A stretch of 64,000 bases of DNA from Diplonema japonicum (taxonomy: Eukaryota > Protista > Euglenozoa: Diplonemea), in the NCBI GenBank assembly GCA_964019335.1, contig OZ025651.1, positions 310,001 through 374,000 on the forward strand. Reading direction: 5' to 3'. The position numbers were made by a program, and so were the translations under genes. This document shows positions 43,833-53,800 of this stretch, in pieces. The stretch's first letter is position 1, and each line of letters starts with the position of its first letter. Below the pieces are notes generated by a model that worked only from the letters and a program-made list of their open reading frames with translations, ran no database searches and was not told the origin of the DNA.

Positions 43833-43851
43833 TTTATTTTTGTTTGTTCCC

Positions 43852-45422
43852 CTAACCTTTTAATTGTTTCTTCCGCTTGTGTGTGGAGCACAAAGTACAG
43901 CATGGACGGAAGAACAGGACAGCTTTTTCTTTTTCTTTTTTGTCCCCCTTCCCCTCATACCTATTGTTAAAGCATGCACAACAACACCTTTCAAGGACTG
44001 TGGGAGAATCGCCAAGAACGTTACCGTGTGGAACAGAACCTCGGAAAGGCCGAACATCAGCAACACTGAGACGGGGGAGTAGAAGATAAGAGCCGACGCG
44101 AGACAGAAGAGGGGAGGGGTGCTGAAGCTGCGGAAGAGCAGAACAACACAAAGAAGGTTTAAGAGGGAGGAGAAAGAGGCGGACCGGGTAACGTGCGACC
44201 ACACCGACGGCGCGAAATGAGGAACGGCCGCGTACCCCGCACTGCAACCCGGGGGCGTTTCGATTTTAATAATGTGATGTCCCATAATCTCAGAAACGTA
44301 AAGATGCTTCCCGGGAGGGAAGACCTCACCTCCTAGGTATACCACCATCGGGCAGTCTTCCTCACCACGCTGAACTTTGAGCTCATAAACAACACCGTAC
44401 CCCGCTAGCCAGATGGTCTCGGTGGTGATCTCCATGTTGGAGCAAACATCATCGCCTTGGCCAATGATGTACAGGTCTTCGGATTCTCTTTGCGCAGAAA
44501 CCTTTTTTTTCTTTTTACTACTTGAAACGAGATGTCCTTGTTTTCTCCACACTGCAACGGGTGGTGGTCGGCACGGCCATACAGCGCCCTCCGAAGGGGG
44601 ATCGCTAAGAACATCTGTTGCTTGGACTCTCGGGTACAAGATAGAAGGGTAGCTTCCTCCAGCGACCAACCTCGCCACACCGAGCACCACTTGATTGCAC
44701 CAAACAATCGACAAATGATCACAACCGGGACGGTTCGTGAATTCATGTGTACGAATCCCATTGAAGTTATGAGAACGGGGTACAAGTGTGTCGCGTAACC
44801 CGCCGGAAAAGTTGTAAACAGTGACATTAGACGACAGCGGTGTGTATATGGTGCTCATGTGCACATCGTCAAGAAGCGGTGTTGCGGGAGAGGACAGGGA
44901 GATTAAAAGTTTAATCTTTTCGGGTTCCATCCTCCGGGATATCACCCCGCCCATGGAGTGGCCTACAATTGTAATATTCTTCCGATCGTGGGCGGCAAGC
45001 AAGTAATCGATTGTTTCTTTGAGGTACGCGGCTTGACGTTCGGCAATGCGGCCGTCAAAGGCGGACATCTCCCCCCTGAAGTCCAGACAGTACACCACGT
45101 AGTTTCTTTTTCTGCTGAACTCTGGCATTGACAGAACCTTGCCCAAGCTTCTTCCTTGTCCATGGCTTCCTGCGTTGCCCGGTACAAACAGAACCGGTTC
45201 CTTGTGCGGGACTAAGGTAGCTGGGTCCCGCCGACCTTCATTGTACTGCAAGACCTGGTAGCCGTCCTTCGATGACAGCTCGTTTTGCCGCACCCATGAC
45301 GGTATCATCATAGTCATAATGCATCGTGATCCGGTTTCCGTGGCTTGTTCAAGAGGGACCGACAGAAATAGAGACCATGCCAAGACTGACAAAGCAGTTG
45401 CATATGTAGAAGCCGTTAGCAT
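43852..45422 (-). CDS. PGAP1-like GPI inositol-deacylase (alpha/beta hydrolase); intron 43923-43960
   Basis: PVLFVPGNAGS..Q.RS, VGHSMGGV nucleophile elbow, SGGLRD..VP, DHLSIVWCNQ, N- and C-terminal TM segments. A 38-nt GTATGA...AAAAAG intron extends the last TM (ALTIAVLFF). The unspliced stop would be at 43860. Confidence 0.88.
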
Positions 45423-45794
45423 TCCTGATGGAAGGCGAAAATGTTAAACGGGGGCGTATAAAAAAAAGGGGGGGGAAATATAAAACGGAAAGGCTACTCT
45501 AGCCCCCCTCAGCGATCCTTCTCTGAACGTCGTCAGGTACCACAGTGTCGTCACCACAAAACCGTGACCCGGAGCCGTTCCTCTCAAAGACTAAAATGAC
45601 GTCCGAGTTGCAAGCAGCTCCGTTAGGCGGGGTCTGTGGTTTTTTGTTTTTTCTTTTGTTTACTTTTTTTTTATTAATCCCTCCCCTGCCTCGATTCTCC
45701 CCTCGCGCTTAAACCGACAAAAAAAATTTCTTTTTTTTTTCCAACCCGCGGAAACTACTTTATATGGGCTGCATCGGTTCTGATATACGAGGAT

Positions 45795-47621
45795 TTACAT
45801 ACACACACAGAAAAAAAAAAAGAAAAAAGAAACAAAACACACCTGAACCCCAATTGGGTCTACACCCGAGAGAAACCTCGGCTCGGAACCATCGGAGGGG
45901 TAGATGAAGGAGTAAGGGGACGACCTAGAGAGAACCGTTGCGGAGGACAGCCTGAACGAACCGGAAGACGAAAAGAGGGAAGACGACAAGGCAGATTGCA
46001 GAGACAACAATGGCGACACAGACGTCTCGGACAGCGCCGCTAAAACCGTTCGGAACGCCTCGGCTTGCGCCGCGTCCAGCGTCCCCGACATAGCGTCGTA
46101 GGTTAAACCGAGCTGCGCAGCAAGCCGCGAAGGTGAACCATCGGCATCAAAGCGATCGATTTTCTCAAGGCAGCCTTCTGTCTGGGAACCAATTTCCATC
46201 CCTCGAATAGTATGTTCCTCCCACAGGCTCCATGGGACTGTGTAGATCAACACATCAGCTGTGCTTCTCATTGCAACCCTGCACAGTGATTCCACAGTTT
46301 GCAGTTTATGAACTGACACCCGTTTCAGGTCCCCCACCAAGATATCTATGAGCTCCTTGGGCCCCCAATTCCTTCCCTTGCACAGATCGACAATGTATGA
46401 AGCGTCGTATTCTGAGGCGCTACTGCCCTTCATGAACCCGTACAGGTTCCGCACCACGTTGTACAGCTTTCCTTTGCTGCCTTCAGTCAGTTTTGGTTCG
46501 TTCTTCAAAACCATGTTACGGACGTACCCTATTTTGTACAGGCAGGTTAGCGTTGACGGGATGGACGATGGTGTTGAATGCACCAAAGTTGGGTCATCAA
46601 AAGGACCTCGCGTGCTGCAGTCAGCGATGATAGGATACCATAGAGAAGCAGGATCCTTCGGGAAATAGCCCTCACCGTGTTGAAGAGGATGGCCCGCCGC
46701 CCATAACGCTTCAGCAATTTCACAGACAACCTTTGTTGCCGTGTTTAAAAGTTGTGTGGCGTGCTGTCTGTGCTCAGATCGGATGATTGAATAATACTCA
46801 AAGTACCAGTATGCCGCGCACCAAGCCCAGGCTTTGCTGGAATCCTCGAGAAGGGTTGGGGTGATGTTTCCTTCCTTGAATTCTTGCTCATACCCGTTGA
46901 TGCATATGAACACATTGTCAGCATACCATGAGATCCGAGACGTTACGGCATCGACCTGCCAAGGCAACCACGCGGAGGACCGTTCAGGGTCGCCTTTGGT
47001 TTTGACGAGGACGTCGATTTCTTTTTGGATCTCATTTCTCATATCGGCTGCGTGACGCCGTGTCACCTCGTCCACCTGTTGTATGCAGTAAATGCCGTCG
47101 AGACGTTCAAACCCAACCGATTGGAGCAAGTTTATCGGTGCAACGAAGTATTTCTCCCTCGATTTACATAGTTCAGGGTACGTTTCTTTTGTGACCATCG
47201 GTGATGAGCTCGTGACGCCGTCCAGTACCTTTATTAAAGCGCCGTACATTGCTATGATCTTGTCGGCATCGGATGTCTCCACTCTTATCTGTGGGATGTA
47301 CACGGTTTCAGGGCGTGGGAGGTGCAGAGCCACCTTGACTGTCTTACAGCACCACGTGCAGGAGAACTTTAATATCGATTTTCCTCTTGACAGTTCCATT
47401 TGTTTCTTGTTTTGGTAGGCTCCCTCTGGCCATAGGGCGGACAGAATTCTTTTTTCCATCTTCGCGTGCACGTCTAGCCCTGAGCCTTCCTCCACGTCGC
47501 CTACCAGTGCGTACCAACACGTGTGCTCGCCGTCGTTCATTTGATATGCCGACTCAAAGCTCCCTCCCTGTCCCTCCCCACACCATTTCTGTGCATAATT
47601 TGTTTCCTTTGAACCCTGCAT
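45795..47621 (-). CDS. Hypothetical protein with a possible PUB-like segment; continues through intron 45780-45842 into unresolved small exons toward ~45430-45640
   Basis: Long ORF from MQGSKE; LLQSVGFERLDGIY resembles the PUB-domain GF motif. The ORF runs into CAG|GTGTGT and a T-rich tract ending TATCAG. Confidence 0.6.
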   Translation of the reverse strand: MQGSKETNYAQKWCGEGQGGSFESAYQMNDGEHTCWYALVGDVEEGSGLDVHAKMEKRILSALWPEGAYQNKKQMELSRGKSILKFSCTWCCKTVKVALHLPRPETVYIPQIRVETSDADKIIAMYGALIKVLDGVTSSSPMVTKETYPELCKSREKYFVAPINLLQSVGFERLDGIYCIQQVDEVTRRHAADMRNEIQKEIDVLVKTKGDPERSSAWLPWQVDAVTSRISWYADNVFICINGYEQEFKEGNITPTLLEDSSKAWAWCAAYWYFEYYSIIRSEHRQHATQLLNTATKVVCEIAEALWAAGHPLQHGEGYFPKDPASLWYPIIADCSTRGPFDDPTLVHSTPSSIPSTLTCLYKIGYVRNMVLKNEPKLTEGSKGKLYNVVRNLYGFMKGSSASEYDASYIVDLCKGRNWGPKELIDILVGDLKRVSVHKLQTVESLCRVAMRSTADVLIYTVPWSLWEEHTIRGMEIGSQTEGCLEKIDRFDADGSPSRLAAQLGLTYDAMSGTLDAAQAEAFRTVLAALSETSVSPLLSLQSALSSSLFSSSGSFRLSSATVLSRSSPYSFIYPSDGSEPRFLSGVDPIGVQVCFVSFFFFFFCVCM

Positions 47622-47811
47622 TGCATCGTCCTTTTGCGTTCGTGTATTATTTTTTTCTCTTTTCTTTCCCTTTGGGTGATTAGGGGGGGGGGGGTGTTTC
47701 TTGTTGACCGAAAAACAAGACAGAACCATGAAATAGAAGAGTGCATTCCATTGTAAAAGGAACAGAAAGAGGGGGAAAGAATGTTAGAGCAGTGGTGAGG
47801 GCGGTTCGACG

Positions 47812-50800
47812 CTATTCTTGTTGCCTAACGCCCCACTCCCCTGGTATTACAGAAACGGGAGTCTGAACGAATCTTGTGGTGAAATGGGCCGCTCTGTTGT
47901 TGGCGAACGATACTGTAGTGGTACGTGTGTGGTGGGGGGTTGCACTGTGCTGGTGTGCAGGGGGACGTGGGATTTTAATTTTCTTCTTTTTGGACTTTCT
48001 GCGGCGATGCGGGGGCTCGGCAACTTTATCCTTGTCATCTATGTTGCTGTCCCACTGAGAAAAGATGTTCTCCTTACGTCCATCGCCACCAGGAAGCACC
48101 ATCCCAATTCCATTATGTGAGGTGGTCCTAAAATCTAAATCTTCTTGAAAGAAATCGTCATCATGGATCACATTAGACCCTCTGTATGACTCACGACGAA
48201 CATTCCTCCAGCAAATCATATCGGCAGCTGTCGTGACACCGCTCAGCACCGCCACAGGGGAGCTCGACCTCCTGTCTATACTTTTCTTTTTCCTTGAATG
48301 AATCGGCAGTATTTCTTCTTTTTTCACCTCGGCCTCTGGTATCGTAAACCGCACGCTTCGCTTCTTCTGCCCAGCGTCTTTGTTCTGCATGATACAACTG
48401 ATGAGAACCGTGCTTGGGTCTGGTGGGTTGTACGAAAACTGTCCCTCCTCTACGCGCATTGACCTCCTCCGCTTCACTCTCTTGTAACCCTCGACACTGC
48501 CCTTTCTTCTCGGCTTCGGTGTGGTCGGAGTAAGAGGCTCACTGGCCTCAGTGCTTTGATTGTCCATAAAGTTCTCGAATGAAGGTGACGCAGGACTCGA
48601 TATAGGTTCTACCGGGAAGTCCTTTTCTGGAATAAGCAAGAACGGTGCGATTCGTAAAGTACAGGCCTTCTGGATAGAGTACAAATCTCTCTTTCTTGCC
48701 AGAGCATTGTTCACAGGGAGGTGGAAGGCTGATTGGAACGGCGGGCGTGTTCGGTCGAACTTCGTGTCGCAGGGATACGGCCAGTTCCACTCCGCCACCG
48801 CCCACAAGTCTGAGGGTTGTCCATGATTTTCAGCAGCTTTATGCTTGTTCACAGTCAGGTTTGTTGTGAACCGTACGTTGTGGCACATGGTCCCTGTGCC
48901 GTATGTCGACGTCGGCCGAACAGTTGCCTTGAAGACAGTTTTGATGGCGAGGTTAGAGAGCACGCATGTGTACGACCGGGCTTTGCAGAATAGAACCCAT
49001 GAAGCATCGATCCCAACACGCATTAAGAACACGTCGTAGCAAAGCTGGTTATGCTGCATTGCATCTTCCGGTGGGTTCCAGTCCAGCACGGCTGTCGTGT
49101 GGCTCACCGATCTGACGCGGAGGTTCGTGCAAGCCTTCGGGGGGCGCGTGTCCTTCCACGACACACTGATGCTGTATTGCGACCAGAGTTTTGCAGGCGG
49201 ACGTGTTCCCGAATACTTATTGTAGTACTTGTCTGCGTTGCTGTTCCGACCACGCAAACGGAAGGCGTAGTCGCATAGCTTCCCTTTTGAAATCTTAATA
49301 CGGGCAAAGCCGTCGCCATCAATCTCCCCGACATCCTGCCAAACCCCGTGGTCGCCGTTGGATAAGGATATCACCGATGCAGCTTGTAGGAGGTATCCAT
49401 AAGTAGATTGATGTGTCTCTTCTATTGTAGGGGAGTCTGCGAATGTGGTGCAGGCGTTTGCTGACCCGAAGGTCTTTGTGACGGAGTACTCAGTGGTCAT
49501 TCCCGTCGACTGTGGAAGGGAGATGATGATGATATCCCCGGAGATCAGCATATCCAACCCGTCGTCGTCGTCGTAGTCGTCTTCGCGATCCTCGTACGAG
49601 TCCTTGCAGTACCACACGTACTTCGCCGTTGTCTTGATCATCGGGTAGTATGAGTTGTACTGTCCTTCATCCGTGAGCTCCTGATGCGACTCTGAAGGTG
49701 ATGGTGACGGCATCTTGAGCATGAAGGAGCGATCCGCCGCGTCATGTTTCATCTCCACCGTTCTACAGCTCCCTGAAAACTCTCGATAGTCCACGGTCGA
49801 GTAATGCACTGTGGAGTGAGTGACATGTGCCAGCCTTACAGCAAGCTCTGTGGTTGGGGTCGATGGTAGATCTGCGTGAGATGCGTTCATTTGAGTCAAC
49901 AACCCCCGCAAGCTTTTCGCGTCTAATCGATACACTGCTCTCAAGGTGTCTGCTACCGTGCTTCCCATAAGTGTTTCTAGTAACGCGGGCATCTCGGGTG
50001 CTAGTTTACGTGACAGCATGGTTCCCTGTACCGATCGTGGTGAATTCTTCGGGGAGGAGTGCGGTGAGTTTCCCGGCGACGACATAGCGGATTGCTTCTC
50101 GTCGCTCTCCTCGTCCTCTTCGATCTGTCTCTCTACAACCACCAACCCGCTCCTTGCACCCCACAGCTGCACGAACCTGCACTGCATAGCAGTCTTCATC
50201 GATTCGATCTTCGCTTGCTCCGAATGTAACACCAAATCAGGGCATGTCACGCAATCCGCGTCGGTCTCCGTCCTCCAAAACAACCCCAACATAAGATCAT
50301 TATTAACATGCCTGGCCTCGTACAGGATAGGCATGCACGGCCTTCTCGGGAGGGTTCTGAAGTGGAAGTTGGGGTACCAGTGGTCGTAGCACACCTTCCT
50401 CTCGGCGATGTTCATGGAGAAAATAACGTTGCGGAGGAGGACGGAGTAGAGGCTGTCACGTGAGAGGGAATTGATTCGAAGGGTAGTCTCAGTTTCGGGT
50501 TGTAGTTCGATGCTGGTGGGCACTACGTTGAGGTTAATGGCCATCTGATACGAGGCGCAGGTGTCGATCTTGCTGTCTGACGCCTTGGCTTTGGTGAGAG
50601 TGACATCAACATATTTCTCGCAGACTCGCTTCAGGATAACCAGAATTGGAGCAAGGGTTTCAAAGATAGACGGCCCACACCATGTACCCCACTTGGGTTC
50701 GGCATCGCCCGACTGGTGACATGCACGCGAGAAGCACGAGTATGTCATCCCCGGCTCAAGATTTTGTAGTACCCTGGTTTCCATCGCAAACGTTTTCGTT

Positions 50801-53800
50801 ACCGCAATGCTTTCCGTCTGCTTCGGTATCTTTCCCTTTAGCTCACATGACCCAGTGATGACTCTAATATCATACTCCTTATCCAGCCCGTCCTGAACAA
50901 CCACTGTCGCTCCTTCCATAAACAACAGCTGGTCTTGTGAAAGCAACTTTGGGTCCACAATTCTTTGCCGCCTCTTTCTGGTTTTTTTGCCCTTGCTGTT
51001 TCGCTCTTCTTGAGCTTCGTATTGCAGGAGTCGTTCACCGCAAGCACGCAAATCCTCGACTTCCGCCCTTCGAGGTGTTCTCTCAATGCACACCATCGCA
51101 TAATGCTCGCCTATGACAGTCACGCGTGACATCGTCTCAGGCTTTGTTGCAACGTACAATGGTGGCGACAAGGGAGAGAGCATCCCGACGGTGTCGTACG
51201 ACCGCACGCTAATCTTGTAGATTGCGTCTGGGCGCAGTTGTGAGAAGGACATGCTGTTCTCTGCCAGAACATGTTGTGTTACCACCATGCGGTGTACCCA
51301 CGTCCCCGTCTCCCCAGGGACATCCCCTTCCATCTCCATCTTCCAGTGCTGCACATTGTTGCTGACAGTCTGCGTTTGGTAGATAGCTTCGTACTCACCA
51401 CTTGCATTTATCGTCAAAATGGGTTGCTTGGGCTCCACTTTGTCAAGAGGCGGACGTTCCCAAGACACCTGGAAACACGTCTCAGTAAGCGAGTGAAGGC
51501 TGACAACAATGGCCTTCGCCGTGTGGAATGTGACGAGCTCCGACCACTGCCCCCAGTACTCGCCCTTCACGCGAACCCTGATGCAGATACTATACAAGGA
51601 GTCGGTCATCAAACCGGCGACAAGAAAAATGTCGGAAAAGTTTTCCAAAGATACGTCTTTGATGAACTCGAACGGTTGACTGGTCGCTGAGGCGCTTCTG
51701 TTCTTCACTTCGGAGCGGAACGTGATTCGCACCTGGTACCCAGCCACGGTGCCGTTGTCGTCGGACAACGTGATGACCTGCGTTGCTTCCTCGTCTTCCT
51801 CTCCATCGACCGACACAGGCGCACGGGAGCACGACAGTGAGACGTACTCCTCACCTACCTCATGCACCTTGACACGGATGTCTGTGAGGGTTTGGATCAT
51901 GATGTGGTTTGACCACAAAGACCATTTCCCGACTAATGTTCTTTGCCTTAGTTTGATAGCGTGTCGTACACCTGACATCAACCCTTGAATGAGGAATTGA
52001 TCTTCGTCCCAGGCCACCGGGTGTGTCAACGGGTCCCTTTCGCCCTCTACACGTACCCACACCTCATAGTCAGTCTCCATGCGGTACACTACAGACAGGT
52101 ACGGATGGTCATCTCCGTCGTCGGTGCTGTCTGAACTCACTTCCTCTTCCTCGTAGGCAAATCTGTCCTGCTCTTCTTCAGTGAGCACGACCACTAGGTC
52201 GCGAATATTGGGCACTGCCTGGCCTTGCTTTCTAGCTATAGAGATCACGTCTTTCTTTTTTTGCTGCATCAAAGTCTGACGTTGTTCTTCGAGTTTGATT
52301 CTGATTTCCTTATTCTTTTTGATTCTCTCTTGCTTTTGACGCCTCAGAGCATGCCTCCTCCTCTCCCTCTCTTCCACTTTCGCGAACTCACGCATCACAG
52401 CCACCCACTCGTCAACCATCCCCGACTGGGATTCAGACACGTCATCAAACCCCCCATCCTTGTACTTCTCCCGCCGCCTTTTACGTCTTCGTGCCCTTCT
52501 TCCATCGCGCTCTTCTTTTAACGTCTTCCAGTATTCCTTCTCCTTTTCGATGAGGCGGTTGTGTTCTTCCTTCTCCTCGTCAGCAAGCCCTACGCCCCCA
52601 GCTGCCATGAGTCTTTCGAGGGCTGCAGTCTCTCGGATTTCGTGTTTTGTCTTGAAAGGCAGTGACCTTGCCCACTTGATGTGCACAAAGTCCTCGCCGA
52701 TGACGTCTGCATCGATAGTCAGCTTCCCCAACGTCGTGAAGCGCACCAGCTGAGACCACTGCCCCCAGTATGTTGTGTTGCCTGCAACTAGCTGGGGCTT
52801 GAGCTTGATGCTGTATGACTTGTCGGGTGACAGTCCGGAGACGACGCACCCCAGCTGTGCCGTCGGTGCGAATTTCTTCGTGAACGTTGAGTCACTGTCG
52901 AGCCTTGTGACAGACACCTCGAAACGCACTATGTCCTTCGCCATCCCCTCACACTCCGCACTCGTGAAGTTATTTCGAAGGCGCTGCATCACCCCTAGAA
53001 GCTGCTTCTCCTGCTCTAGCGACGCAGAGTCCAACGTGTACGGGCGGGGCAGCTTCGACACCGTTTTACTGTTCTCTTGTATCCCAAACAGAGCAACGCT
53101 CTCTTCGCCTATTTTAGAGACAAGGATCTCCAGTTGCTTGATGAGAGCTATTGCGGCGTACTGCTCTTGCCAGAAGTACTTTATAGACTGCGCCCATGCG
53201 TCCTCGTCAGCATACTGCACCACCTGAAGGAAGCTCACCTTGTACCTGTCTTGAGCGAGGCCTGTATAGCGCCACTTAGGTTTTGGCGGTAGAGGGTCGA
53301 TGTCGATGACCTCGGTCTTCTTTGTAGACATGGCAGTTGCGATTACGAAGAACTTGTTGAAGACGCCGGTCTGCATGGCTGAGAGGTCCCGCACGGTCCA
53401 TTGCACTTCGAAACCGTCCTCTCCGAGAGGCGCAAGGTCGATGGGAACATACCGCAGTGTCAGCAGCACCTTGTTGGACCACGATCCCCATCTTTTGTTC
53501 GACTGCTCATGCCGGGACTGGAACGCGTACCTGCTGTTGCCAGACAAGTCCTCTACACATAGATCAACAGAAGGGTTGAAGTAGGACTGAAGTTTCTGCG
53601 TGCTCGACCCATCATGGATGGTCACTTGGAGCTCTGTACGGTATTCCGACGCGTGCGAAGGTCGCAGTACGACCCCAGAATGCGTCAACAGGGAGATGGA
53701 CAACTCAGCGATTTTCTGAGTGGTCATGATGGTGGGTGTGCACCACTCCATCCAACATTCGTGCACATCATCAAATGCACACATTTTGACGCCGTAGTTG

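Noticed and set aside
44499-44525. SSSKKKKK in the PGAP1-like gene as another poly(A) intron
   Set aside because: The GT...AG spans are only 17-20 nt and would shift an otherwise continuous frame.
45430-45779. Non-canonical (GC-AG or repeat-bounded) introns at the end of the PUB-like gene
   Set aside because: Several alternative joins are possible and none is anchored by homology; every well-supported intron in the window is GT-AG.
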